Source: Macrostomum hystrix
Taxonomy: Eukaryota; Animalia; Platyhelminthes
NCBI GenBank assembly: GCA_950097015.1
Contig: CATNEN010000003.1
Span: 2,790,001-2,854,000, forward strand
Length of the DNA: 64,000 bases
Reading direction: 5' to 3'
Shown here: one piece after another, positions 24,530 through 37,200 of the stretch
Layout of the letters: every line of letters begins with the position of its first letter
Position numbering within the stretch: the stretch's first letter is position 1
The notes under the pieces: generated by a model
Seen by the model: only the letters and a program-made list of their open reading frames with translations
Told to the model about the DNA's origin: nothing
The model's database searches: none
Program-made: the position numbers and the translations under genes

Positions 24530-24828
24530 ATTGCATTTAGATAATGTTGCATTTAGATAGTGTTGCATTTAGGTAGTGTTGCATTTAGATAGTGTTGCAT
24601 TTAGATAGTGTTGCATTTAGATAGTGTTGCATTTAGGTAGTGTTGCATTTAGGTAGTGTTGCATTTAGATAGTGTTGCATTTAGGTAGTGTTGCATTTAG
24701 ATAATGTTGCATTTAGATAGTGTTGCATTTAGATAGTGTTGCATTTAGATAGTGTTGCATTTAGGTAGTGTTGCATTTAGGTAGTGTTGCATTTAGATAG
24801 TGTTGCATTTAGATAGTGTTGCATTTAG
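24530..24828. repeat. 16-bp tandem repeat GTTGCATTTAG(A/G)TAGT
   Basis: About 18 units, read directly. Confidence 0.95.
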
Positions 24829-25429
24829 CGGTGCGTATTTTTAATGCAGGATGACGAGAACAAGTGGGGAGCTGGACTAAAACGAGGTAGAAACCAGAAT
24901 AAAGTTAGCCCGCTCTACAGCATTTATCACATGCTTATGTAAGCACTGCTCCCCTCACCTTTCGAAGTGCTTGAGTGGCAAAAGGCCATGATGGTAATTT
25001 TATACTGAGTTGATCAGGCGCAATCAAGGCAAAAGGACTTTATCAATGACCACTTGACAACATACAGCTTGCTAATTAAATAAGATTTGAGAGGAATTTA
25101 AGTATACGTGATTGGCAGCCAAAAGTTTGACTTCACTCATGTGAGTTGTTACTCGTAAAGGCTGAAAGTGTACTCTCAGTTTTCCTGGATTTTCTTGGCT
25201 TTTTTACTTTGCTTAATCAAGTCGCTAGATTTAGCTAGGTACTTTTTTCTTTGCTAAGCACTTACTATGTCTTCTTACGGAAAGTGTGGCGAGGTTCTAC
25301 ATGTATGACAATTGTTGTAATGGGAAATTAAAAAATGCAGCCATAAACCATTTTCATGGTGTATGGAATATCCTGCGGAGTAATATTCATAAAATAATTA
25401 ACTGCACGTGCCCCAATTGGGGCAGATTT

Positions 25430-25560
25430 ACAGAAGACAGCACAGCCGCAGCTATTTTGCGCTGTGCCTCCGCAGGCTGGGTATGACTATTCAGTCCATG
25501 GACTGGGGCGGGGCCACGCGCAGCCTCAATTACGCTGGCACCCGTTTAAAGCTTGGCCTT
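25430..25560 (-). mobile_element. Degenerate SINE family B fragment
   Basis: TTCAGTCCATGGACTGGGG...CCAC...CCTCAATTAC is shared with 41900-41945. Confidence 0.5.
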
Positions 25561-25821
25561 AATAACATGGTATATAATAACAAACGCTACGTAGCCCACT
25601 GCATGGTAACAAAAAATGGGCATCAATTAAGGCTCGCGTCGAATGGGGCGCCACAGCAGACAGCTTGCGAGCGGACAAACTCCGGCCGTTGTCAGTGTCG
25701 TTTGAGACCATAAAAAACGTAAAATTTTGCTTAGTCTAAAAAACTAAAATTAAACTTACACTCCATATTCAACTCAAAACGCGTGACTTGTATATCGAGC
25801 ACTGGATTGACTCCGATGTAA

Positions 25822-26147
25822 GTAGGATGACTGCGAGTGTATTCAATACAGCTGGGATGCAAGTACATGTAGGATGACTGCGAGTGTATTCAATACAGCT
25901 GGGATGCAAGTACATGTAGGATGACTGCGAGTGTATTCAATACAGCTGGGATGCAAGTACATGTAGGATGACTGCGAGTGTATTCAATACAGCTGGGATG
26001 CAAGTACATGTAGGATGACTGCGAGTGTATTCAATACAGCTGGGATGCAAGTACATGTAGGATGACTGCGAGTGTATTCAATACAGCTGGGATGCAAGTA
26101 CATGTAGGATGACTGCGAGTGTATTCAATACAGCTGGGATGCAAGTA
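25822..26147. repeat. 47-bp tandem repeat GTAGGATGACTGCGAGTGTATTCAATACAGCTGGGATGCAAGTACAT (~7 units)
   Basis: Period of 47 bp read directly; the last unit is interrupted by the Tc1 element and resumes at 27747. Confidence 0.95.
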
Positions 26148-27746
26148 TTGCTTTTGTCGCGCTATGTGGAACAGTGGACATGCAAAACGGAACGGCCCAT
26201 GGTGGAATTCTATGGCCAAGCGTTTGAATTCACACGAGAAAGAAGCCATAGACAACTCAATTTGTCATGCTATGTGGAACGATGAGCCAGAATAGAAGGA
26301 ACGATTTTAGTTTTTCAGAGACAAGAACACGCTTTCATTTTCTTTCGTTTGATCAGTTAAGCAATAATGGCGCCCCAAATTGCTGTACGTGATCGACGTA
26401 CAGCGCATCGTCGCCGCCTTGCACCGTGGACTGTCGATGAAGGATGTGTCAGTCTTGTTAGGAGTATCCAAAACTTCTGTTCAGCGTATTCGGTCAACAT
26501 TCGAACAAGCTGCATGGCAGGTTGGAAGCTTTGCCTCGTGGAGGATGCAAGGAAGCAAACTGCAAAATGGACGCAAAGATGCGAGATTTTTTACAACATG
26601 AGGTGCAGCGAAATCCCTTTCAAACGCTAAAGTCAATGGCTGAGAAGCTGATCGGACGCTTTCCTGACAAGCCACAGGTGAGCCTTAAAACAATTGATCG
26701 AACAATGGATGGTTTGCTCTTTACGGTCAAACTTGCTACCAAGGGGACGGATATATTCACCTAAACACCAACCGAGTCGAAAGCCTGGACGCCAGAAGCG
26801 AATACGCTAACTTCATGCTCCACTTAGCTCCAGGAGTTCACACTGTCTACTTAGATGAGACCGGTTTTAACTTGTGGACCCGGAGGTCGTAGGGCAGGTC
26901 GGCTCGTGGACACCAAGTGTTCGCAAGGATTCGGCACGGTGACAACCCAGAGGGGTCCTAACGTTACGGTTTGCATGGCAATTTCGTCGGAGTTCCGGTT
27001 GGTGCATTATGTCATCCAGAGAGGGGCCAAACGCAGCAAAGGTTTCAAGAATTTTTAGACCACCTAGCAGACCGCTGCCATCAACTGGACCCTACCGGAA
27101 ACTGGGTAATTTTTATGGATGGCCCAAATTTTCATCGTGGTGTGGAGATCCGAGAGAACCATCGGGACAGAATTGTGACACGAATCCTACCCCCGTATTC
27201 ACCATTTCTAAACCCGACCGAATTTGCTGCGTTGAAGTCAAATCTCAAGAACCGTTTGGCGGAAGCCGGCATGGTTGAGAATGAGCAAGTTTGAACAGAA
27301 GGAGTGACACTTAAGCAGTGGAGATTCATGCTACTTGAACGAGAGGCGACTGAAGCTGTTGGTCAAGCAATCACTGCGGACAAGTGCGCTGGCTGGGAGC
27401 TGCGCTGCAATCGATTGTTTGGATTGGGTTTGAGGCGACATCTGTTTTAGGGGTTGAAATTTTTTAACTTTGATGTTTCAATTGCAGACTTAAAATATGA
27501 TTTATTGGAATGCAACTCTGAAAAATGTTCTGTTTCTGCTTAATTTCATTCTTTCTGCAAATAAAATCTAAAATCGTTCCTTCTATTCTGGCTCATCGTT
27601 CCACATAGCATGACAAATTGTCTTGCATCAATTGCATGAGTTGTCTATGGCTTACTTTCTTTTGTGAGTTCAAACGCTCGGCCATAGAATTCCATGGGCC
27701 GTTCCGTTTTGCATGCCCACTGTTCCACATAGTGCGAAAAATACAA
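26148..27746 (+). mobile_element. IS630-Tc1-mariner superfamily transposon, ~1.6 kb, ~165-bp imperfect TIRs, TA target duplication, disrupted transposase
   Basis: TIRs 26148-26310 and ~27568-27746; TA at 26146-7 and 27747-8. Transposase pieces 26367-27450: HTH (LSMKDVSVLLGVSKTSVQRI), YLDETGF, IFMDGPNFH, LPPYSPFLNPTE, broken by stops and frameshifts. Confidence 0.93.
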
Positions 27747-29540
27747 TACATGTAGGATGACTCTGAGTAAGTGAGTTAAGTGAAGTGGTAAAAAGCTTCG
27801 TACATATGTATATGGCAAATTCTTAACAAAATGTTTTTTGGGTGGCGTAAGGGTGAACGATATGCTGACGATGGCGGGCCAATCGTTGAAATTGCGTGAG
27901 CCGAAGTGAATAATTTCGACAAAGTAAGTTAAAAATCACTTTGACATGTCTACGCTCTTATAATGTGCCCTGGGCATTCACGCTTGTCACGATGCCCAAG
28001 CACACTAATACGAGCATTTTAATTTAATTGCGTACACGCACGATGACTCAGTTTAAGTCATCGTGAGGCAGATAACAGGTAACTGTCTGCCTGTCTCGCT
28101 TGACCTTGGAGCATGTGCACCTATGTCTGTTAGTTTGATGCGAATCTGCGGGGCTTCAGCCTCTCCCCCGCGCTGTCAGTATTTAAGAGGGCTTTCAGCC
28201 TGTGTGCCAGCGCGCTTTTTGACACCTTCTGCTGCGTGTTGCTTTTCGAGTCTGCATTTCTAAAACTGGTGCCGCTGGTTATTTTAGCGCCAAATAAATG
28301 TTCGCTTTAACTGTCCGGCCTCGTCCTATCGGTTGTTCGTGCCATGCATTTCTGCTGCTTGGACTACATCCTCTGGGAGTTAGCATTTTTTTGGGTTATT
28401 GCGATACCAAAATATTAATTTGTAAGTACTTTTACCTGATTGAAATGTGGTTCCAATCATCAAGGACAATTTATAATTGGACGAATCAACCAACGATTCA
28501 TAATTTAAGCTTACGCTCGTAGTCCTTCTGGTATAATTGGCACGTTCTAGAACCGAAAAAAAGAAAGAAATCGGATGAATAAAACTTTATACAGACCTAA
28601 AATTTTATTCGCCGTTAATTAATTTCCGTTAAACACACAATCAGATATACAATTTATTTGGCTTTTAACCGTTTCCTTAAAAAAATCGCAGCAAGGAAAG
28701 CAATCCAATATACATTCATGATTGAAGTAACAAAAATGGAGATATTTTTGACTTACCATGAGCCTTAGATTTAATAAATAATGAACATAGCTTTGATTCT
28801 CATCAAAACGTGTCGTCTTTCCACAAGCTCTCTAAGACATCAGCGATCACGGTAGGTTCTAGATCAACTGAACTCAATTTGTAACAAAAACTGGGTAACT
28901 ATCCTTTCTATATATTATGGATCAGAGAAACCATTCAAACAATCATAGGCATGCAATGTAAGGGGCGTAAGGAACAATTACGAGAATTTAGTTGGGCACA
29001 GGACGGAACCGGTATAAATGTAACAATTACTTGCTACGTTAAGCTACGCTTGTTTCTATGGTATTTATATAATGCCTCGAATTTAGTCTATTATACAATT
29101 AAAAAATAGCTAGAAGTACAACGTTCAGAAACAACACAAATATAAGTAGGGAGATACGAGAAGTTATACGAGAAGATACAAGAACCTGAAGTACAATAAG
29201 CTTGACTGATTTGCAAATACATAAGTGAACTGCATGTACATTACTAAACAAGAACAGCATTAAAAAGAATTTCTGAGCATAAGATTATAGCTTATCCTGT
29301 GCAAGTAACGTGACTTTAATCAACTGCGCTTGTAAGTGCCACAGATAACCTAAAGCCACAGCCACACTGCTGCTCTGAACATTTTTGCTGCCTATCGCTA
29401 GCTCGTACGTACGCGTTTTCTTAGCACATACATGTGTAAGTTAAACTGGTCTGGGAATCCAGAGCACATATGTCATTCACAAGTAAGTCAGAGAAAAAGA
29501 AGTGCAGACCCGACAACGCAGTGCATTAAGAGAACTGAAT

Positions 29541-32500
29541 TCATTCAGTGTCTGTGTCATCATCCGATGCTGAAAGAACAGGAAGGAATGAAATAATAGT
29601 ACGAAAAGCTATTTATAGCACAATGTAAAGCAGTACGAGCGACAAATCACGCGCGCATATTCGACAATTTGTTGCCTGTGTGGGCAACAAAAACATAATA
29701 AAGTGAGCCCGAAATAATCTAGTCTAAAGTGATGAGATACAAACACTTTCAATCTTTACAACCTTCTGAAACTATCATACCATAACATGGACATGGTCGC
29801 CGAATCGTTTTTAAAAATTGGCAATTTTTACTTACCGGAGTCACTCATAGAGTAAACGTCACACGTTTCTTCGTCAAGAGCCACAGAGCCGACTGCCTCC
29901 ATCGCCAGTATGTTGGTGTCTTGAACCAGGGTTTTTTCTGATGGAAAGGCGGTGACATGCCGATGAAGAAGTCGACTGAGACCGATGAGCCGATTGTAAA
30001 GCACAGGAGAGTTATAATGACTTGAGGCAATGCGCGCCCAGGTTTGCTGAATGGCCCGAAGTAGAAAGCGGGTGGAGCGTCGAACTTCACACTCCACAAT
30101 GGCTATCTCCTCTTTAGCTCGAAGGCGCATATGATATAGACGATAGGCAACCATCTGCGACGTTGTATTTGCGTCCAATTGGCTAAGATTAGCTGTTTTA
30201 AAGCCTTCAGCTGCAAAGCTCGTAAAATCTTCTAGACTAAGTGGAGGCTCAGAAGATAGGCTAGAGTTGAAGCGACGAACTATGATCTCGCGTTTTTTAT
30301 CGATTGCTTTCTTAGCCGACGCCAAGCGTTTTGCCATTTTCTGACCCCGATCGGTAGCGACATGCTGGGCCAGATATTCCCGCTCTGCGGTTAGTGCAGC
30401 TAGATCGTTGATAGCTAACTCACGAGTAGTGCTCACCCGTCTTTGATTAGATGTTGCCATGATGGATGCACAAAAGTCTGGCGCCCAAGATTCCACGTAC
30501 GCCTCAGAAGCAGAAAGCGTCGCTGAAAAAAGTAACGAAAAATTATTGCGGAAAAGCAAGAGTAAAAAGAGGCTACATTTAATCGAGTGCAAAGCATGCT
30601 GTACTAAATTAAAATGTTTTGCTTTTGTGCAAAGTTTATCTGACGAGTTCATACGTGAGATTTGATGGCTCGAAGCAAATGCAGTTATCTCATTTTCGAT
30701 GCGTGCATTGGTCCGCTGGACGTATTTGATGCGCTGCGTCAGCCAGTTAGCTACACGAATTTAGGCATCGGATGGGATGGTTGTTAAGTTATTAATTGGG
30801 ATAAAACTTTCACGTGTACAGAATTAGCTGACTTTGATAACTTATTAGCATGAGCGCAAGAGAAAGAGGTCAAGAAGCACAAGATGCAAAACTTCCCGCA
30901 AAAGCATTTCCGGTTCATTTATAAACTACAAGTAGCTGGTATTGCCTTACTGATGTTGACGATTAATTCGAAGTTCATGTCAGCAGCTAAAGTGTTTAAA
31001 AATCGACGTCTATTGACGTGAGTCATCTCCTTCGTTTGTGCGGAAAAAACGCCGTAAATAGCTCCACAGTCGTTCGCAACCTTCGCCGTCTGTAAGACCG
31101 ACATCCGGTTTGAAGCGTACGCCGTTTGTTAGCTGGCACGGCCATGAATGTCCGTAGGCATGCATTGCAGGCACTACGAAAGCAATTTGAGAATCCCGAA
31201 ATGTAGCTTTCAGCTTGCATGCAATGTCATATGAGACAATAATGCGAGCCGCTGGGTTGCGTGCCACAGCTGTCTTCACTGATGCCACAGCGTAGTTGAG
31301 TCTAAGATGGAGTAGTTCGGATTGGCTAGCAAGTAAGTCCAGTGCATAGTACATTAAGTTTAAAGTTTCTGCGACCAACCCCAAACTTAATGTGGCTTTG
31401 CCTTGTAGCGGCTCATGACTAGCCGTTAGGATGCATTACCACTCTGCCAATGATCAGAAAAAATGAAAAATGAAAATTCCTAACTAAAACTAAACTCTTA
31501 ATCACATTACCGTTCTCCACTTGTAATCATATCCGAAAGCGTTAATATTGACTCGTGGCGGCAAGATGCAGCAAACAGGCCAAAGACATCCAAATTTGTT
31601 TTGTCTCTTGCCGTGACGAGCTGCTGACCTCTTTCACCTGCTTTCCAATTAGGACAACTCTGAGCATTGACTTGAAAGTCACCGGACATGTCTGCTTCCA
31701 CAAAGTAGCTATTGGTGTCGTGCTCAGGAAAAGATGAAAGGCCGGCAGAGGCTCTGTGCCGCATTCCGAAGCAGCCGTCGAGCTGAACAATCAATGGAGC
31801 CGACAAGGTATCTTGGCATTCGGACTAAACAGAGATTAGGAATGGTTAAAAAAAATTATTTTGACTAAAAAAGCAATACAATACACGTTGGAGCACTGTT
31901 TGGAGAAAGTGGGGCAAAACTTGACGAAATTTCGAGGCTCCTATAAATTACATTTCGCACATGTGAATATTTACAATACCCATGATTAGATATAAGAGAA
32001 GGAAAAATGCTAATTCTTCGACTTAAACCGTATAGCAAGCTGGACAATTGGTCTCTCCATCCCACTGAATTGAACTCAAAAGCTGGCGAAAAGCAGTCAT
32101 TGAGCCGAAAGTATTCAGCGGCCGGTATAGATTCATCTGAAATAAAAAAGCTTGATAACATATACTACCTGTAATAATAATAATGTTAGCAGGAGGGCTG
32201 TGGGCAATGGCACATCATTTGGTGACACTAGACCTGCAGCCAGCGAGGAGGCAATTCTGCCCATTCCGCTGACTCCTGAGCACACACGCACACAGATACC
32301 GTACGCAGGCACACACTCACACAGAGGTGTACATCTGCCCTGACTTTTTCATCGTCAGGCGGTGTACATTTTCTGTGCGTTGGAGGTTGGCCCTCATGGG
32401 CGTAAATTGCACGACAAGCCCCCAAGCCTTCTCTCCGCGGCTGCACCTCAAATTAATGTGGCCTTGCTCGCGGAATCGAGCTCAGGGACCGTGGTGCGAG

Positions 32501-34282
32501 AGGCAAACGCGTTAACCGCTCTGCCACTCACCCCCTCATATACTACCTATAAAAACATCAAGCATCAAAACATTTTGCATTGAATTCTGTCACCAAATAA
32601 ATTTGGCTCCAAGAGTATACAGGTACCAAAACTTCCTGACTTAACGTGCATGTAGACAAAAAAATTACTTCATCGTACCCCTTGTCGGCCCCACATAGGC
32701 GATCTGAAAGATGCCATGGCACAACAAGCACTTTGTAGGGAGCCTGCACACTTTTTGTTGATAGCGATAAGCTGTAAAAGGAGCTTGAAAGAGGCAGCAG
32801 TAACGCGAATCGCCAGATCTGGTTCAGCTTGCAGCGGCCAGAATCCATGGCGAACCAGTGATGCGCGGATGTTGCTGCAATTACATACTTCTAAAGAAGC
32901 ATCGAATTCGTCGCCTGAAATTGTGTTATGAAATTTGATTGGATTTCAGCGTAATGTATATGTATATGATGTATGAGGTGGAGCGAGTGTATGTTGTGTA
33001 TATGTTGTATCTCAATATCAGCACGATCTAGGATTAGAAACTAAGGGTGAGCTGCCGACAGCACAGCCACAGCCATTGCGTAGCGCATTTGAAGATTCAC
33101 AAAATTAATCCCAGACAATGCTAGCACTCATTTAACAGCTGGGTGAACTGAAGCAATGCAGAGTTAAGTGTTGTGCTAATAGACAAAAAGTTTACAGTAA
33201 AATCAGGAATCGAACCTCGACCTTCAAGCCCTGAGTCGGACATTATAAACTACAAACCCACATGTCGGTAAGAAAGCAAGAAGGTTTTCCGCTTTAAAAG
33301 GTTTTAAAAAAGTAATTTGGCCCTGTACAAATAGTGATAAAAATCGTATAGGCATTTACTTACCATTGTCATCAAAAATAAACACTTGCTTGACAAACGA
33401 TGATCCCAAGCACGAGCATCGACGTTTCAGCACAGCGGGAGCTGTCAGTGGAACGTAAACAAGACCCTGTTGGAAGTAGTAAATTAAAAAATACAAACAA
33501 TTCTGAATTCTGAGAATAAAAATGCAAATGATACAGTGAAAACACTGTAAAAAATACAATAGTATAGTGTATTGATAAACTAATCTTAAATGTCATAAAA
33601 ATCATTCAAAGTGCACCGAAAGCCAAAACTGTAAAGGCTCGTTCACACTGCCATGAAATGAAGTGACTCGTTTTGGTGTACACCTACTTTGTGGTAAAAT
33701 GAATGGGAATTAAGAAAGTAAATTACTGTGTTCTAGCCTACGTTTGATGGCAGTATGAGCCAACTTTAAAGCTTACATTCCACTGTTCCGCCACGTGCGG
33801 AGGATGATGTTTGTGTTGTTCGTCAAGGCAATTACGGCAGACTTGCAGTAAGTGGCATGCACTGCACCGAAACGGCGCCTCATGTGTTTTACACTTTACG
33901 CAGTTGCCTAATGGGCTAAAAAAATCGCAGATTGCTGACTCTGCATCGCGCTGGCTATCTGACCATGCCTTGGTAGCACGATTGATACGATCCTGATATT
34001 GTGTGTTGCCACACAGGGGTGGTGAAGCAGAACTGAATGAAAGGTGTTCTTCGGCACTGGGGGCAGATTCTTGATCATGTGGTCGTTGCGGCGGTCTGTG
34101 AAGGTTTTTTATACGCTAAAAACTTACAATTCTGTACATTTACGCGCAACGTACACTTTCCGTAATCACAGAACTTACAAAGAGCTAGTACCATCAACCG
34201 TTATCTTTCGCCTGCTAGCTCGCTGACCAGGTGTGTAGTGTCTTACTTTAAAGTGCAACTCAGTAACTTTTGCACGCAGCAT
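29541..34282 (-). CDS. KDZ (Kyakuja-Dileera-Zisupton) family transposase with N-terminal CxC-type zinc-binding domains; 10 exons, ~781 aa, one +1 frameshift in a homopolymer
   Basis: Exons 34282-34179, 34095-33777, 33466-33364, 32914-32679, 32136-32029, 31824-31511, 31301-30951, 30750-30655, 30522-29836, 29569-29541; GT-AG and phase-consistent except one extra base in the A6 run at 31044-31049. Motifs: CVKC..FRCSAC..CRNC..H..PPH..EQWNG; VCNC..LVRHGFWP; CPAC; LDGCF; SCRH..DMITSGER; YDIAC; VPAMHAYGH..CQ; GLTDGEGCERLWS; RAKEEIAIVECE. Confidence 0.9.
32171..32536 (-). mobile_element. Full-length tRNA-derived SINE (family A) with 12-bp TSD
   Basis: TSD CATATACTACCT at 32159-32170 and 32537-32548; minus-strand head with A-box TGGCAGAGCGG and B-box-like GCTCGATTCC; (ATT)n tail; lies in transposase intron 4. 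Confidence 0.88.
33050..33265 (-). mobile_element. Degenerate tRNA-derived SINE (family B)
   Basis: GGGTGAACTGAAGCAATGCAGAGTTAAGTG...GGAATCGAACCTCGACCTTC is shared with 41970-42060; lies in transposase intron 3. Confidence 0.65.
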
Positions 34283-34362
34283 ATTGCTAAAAAAATAATG
34301 CCTTATGAGTAAACACTAAACAGCGAAAAATGTCGATTTATAAAAGGAAGAGCAAGCTTAGC

Positions 34363-37200
34363 AAGAGGAGGATAGAGGAGGATAGAGCAGGGTGGAGGAG
34401 GCTAAAAGAGGCTAGAGGAGGTTGAGGATGGTGGAGGGTAGAGGATAGTGGGGAGGGTAGAGGAGGGTAGCGGAGGGTAGAGGATGGTTGAAGAGGGTGG
34501 AGGGTAGAGGATAGTGGGGAGGGTAGAGGATGGTGGGGAGGATCGACGAGGTTAGAGCAGGGTAGAGGAGGGTAGAGGAGGGTAGAGCAGGGTAGAGCAG
34601 GGTAGGGGAGGGTAGGGGAGGTTAGAGCAGGGTAGAGGATGGTAGGGGAGGTTAGAGCAGGGTAGAGGATGGTAGGGGAGGTTAGAGCAGGGTAGAGGAG
34701 GGTAGAGGATGGTTGATGGTAGTGGAGGGAAGAGGATGGAAGGGGGTAGAGGAGATTAGTGGATGGCTAGGGAGGGTGGTGGAGGGTAGAGGATGGCGGG
34801 GAAGATAGAGGAGGGTAGCGGAGGGTAGAGGATAGTGGGGAGGATCGACGAGGTTAGAGCAGGGTAGAGAATGGTTGAGGAGGGAAGGGGGTAGAGGAGA
34901 GTAAAGACTGGTGAAGGAGGGTAGAGGATGTTGGGGAGGATAGAGAAGGGGAGTGGAGGGTAGAGGATGGCGGGTAGGAAAGAGAAGGGGAGTGGAGGGT
35001 AGAGGATGGCGGGTAGGAAAGAGAAGGGGAGTGGAGGGTAGAGGATGGCGGGGAAGATAGAGGAGGGTAGAGGAGGGTAGAGAAGGGAAGGGGGTAGAGG
35101 AGAGTAGAGGAGGGTAGAGCAGGATAGAGCAGGGTAGAGGAGGGTAGAGGAGGGTAGAGGAGGGTCGATGGTCGATGGTAGTGGAGAGAAGAGGAGGGAA
35201 GGGGGTAGAGGAGAGTAGAGGAGGGTAGAGGAGGGTAGAGAAGGGTAGAGGAGGGTAGAGGAGGAAAGAGCAGGGAAAGATATAGTAGAGTAGAGTTGAG
35301 TAGAGGAGAGTAGAGGAGGGTAGAGGAGGAAAGAGCAGGGAAAGATAGAGTAGAGTAGAGTTGAGTAGAGGAGAGTAGAGGAGGGTAGAGCAGGGTAGAG
35401 GAGGGTAGAGGAGGGTAGAGGATGGTAGTGGAGGGAAGAGGAGGGAAGGGGGTAGAGGAGAGTAGAGGAGGGTAGAGCAGGGTAGAGCAGGGTAGAGGAG
35501 GGTAGAGGAGGTTGAGGTTAGAGGAGGGTAGAGGAGGTTGAGGTTAGAGGAGGGTAGAGGAGGGTAGAGAAGGGTAGAGGATGGTAGTGGAGAGTACAGG
35601 AGGGTAGAGCAGGGTAGAGGAGGGTAGAGGAGGGTAGAGGATGGTCGATGGTCGATGGTAGTGGAGGGAAGGGGATAGAGGAGAGTAGAGGAGGGTAGAG
35701 CAGGGTAGAGGAGGTTAGAGGAGGTTAGAGGAGGTTAGAGGAGGGTAGAGGAGGGTAGAGCAGGGTAGAGGAGGTTAGAGGAGGTTAGAGCAGGGTAGAG
35801 GAGGGTAGAGCAGGGTAGAGGAGGTTAGAGGAGGTTAGAGGAGGGTAGAGAAGGGTAGAGGAGGGTAGAGGAGGTTAGAGGAGGGTAGAGCAGGGTAGAG
35901 CAGGGTAGAGGAGGGTAGAGGAGGTTAGAGGAGGTTAGAGGAGGGTAGAGGAGGGTAGAGCAGGGTAGAGCAGGGTAGAGGAGGGTAGAGGAGGTTAGAG
36001 GAGGTTAGAGGAGGGTAGAGGAGGGTAGAGCAGGGTAGAGGAGGGTAGAGGAGGTTGAGGTTAGAGGAGGGTAGAGGAGGTTGAGGTTAGAGGAGGGTAG
36101 AGGAGGGTAGAGAAGGGTAGAGGATGGTAGTGGAGAGTAGAGGAGGGTAGAGCAGGGTAGAGGAGGGTACAGAGGAGGGTAGAGGATGGTCGATGGTCGA
36201 TGGTAGTGGAGGGAAGGGGATAGAGGAGAGTAGAGGAGGGTAGAGCAGGGTAGAGGAGGTTAGAGGAGGTTAGAGGAGGTTAGAGGAGGGTAGAGCAGGG
36301 TAGAGGAGGTTAGAGGAGGTTAGAGGAGGGTAGAGGAGGGTAGAGCAGGGTAGAGGAGGTTAGAGGAGGTTAGAGGAGGGTAGAGAAGGGTAGAGGAGGG
36401 TAGAGGAGGTTAGAGGAGGGTAGAGCAGGGTAGAGCAGGGTAGAGGAGGGTAGAGGAGGTTAGAGGAGGTTAGAGGAGGGTAGAGGAGGGTAGAGCAGGG
36501 TAGAGCAGGGTAGAGGAGGGTAGAGGAGGTTAGAGGAGGTTAGAGGAGGGTAGAGGAGGGTAGAGCAGGGTAGAGGAGGTTAGAGGAGGTTAGAGGAGGT
36601 TAGAGGAGGGTAGAGCAGGGTAGAGGAGGTTAGAGGAGGTTAGAGGAGGGTAGAGGAGGGTAGAGCAGGGTAGAGGAGGTTAGAGGAGGTTAGAGGAGGG
36701 TAGAGAAGGGTAGAGGAGGGTAGAGGAGGTTAGAGGAGGGTAGAGCAGGGTAGAGCAGGGTAGAGGAGGGTAGAGGAGGTTAGAGGAGGTTAGAGGAGGG
36801 TAGAGGAGGGTAGAGCAGGGTAGAGCAGGGTAGAGGAGGGTAGAGGAGGTTAGAGGAGGTTAGAGGAGGGTAGAGGAGGGTAGAGCAGGGTAGAGCAGGG
36901 TAAAGGAGGGTAGAGGAGGTTAGAGGAGGTTATAGGAGGGTAGAAGAGGGTAGAGAAGGGTAGAGGATGGTAGTGGAGAGAAGAGGTTAGAGCAGAGTAG
37001 AGGAGGGTAGAGGATAGTAGTAAAGGGAAGAGGAGTAGAGGGAAGAGGGAAGGGTGTAGAGGAGAGTAGAGGATGGTGAAGGAGGGTAAAGGATGGTGGG
37101 GAGGATAGTGAAGGGTAGTGGAGGGTAGAGGATGGCAGGGAAGATAGAGGAGAGTAGTGGAGGGTAGAGGATGGTTGAGGAGGGCGGAGGCTAGAGGAGA
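34363..37200. repeat. G-rich 10-bp satellite (AGGGTAGAGG / AGGTTAGAGG), inverted counterpart of 17200-20660
   Basis: Read directly. Confidence 0.97.

Noticed and set aside
24380-29540. TET/JBP dioxygenase or other cargo gene expected by analogy with fungal KDZ elements
   Set aside because: No HxD...H 2OG-Fe(II) motif or coherent exon chain seen; the region is repeats, Tc1 and AT-rich DNA. A tBLASTn search would be needed to exclude remnants.
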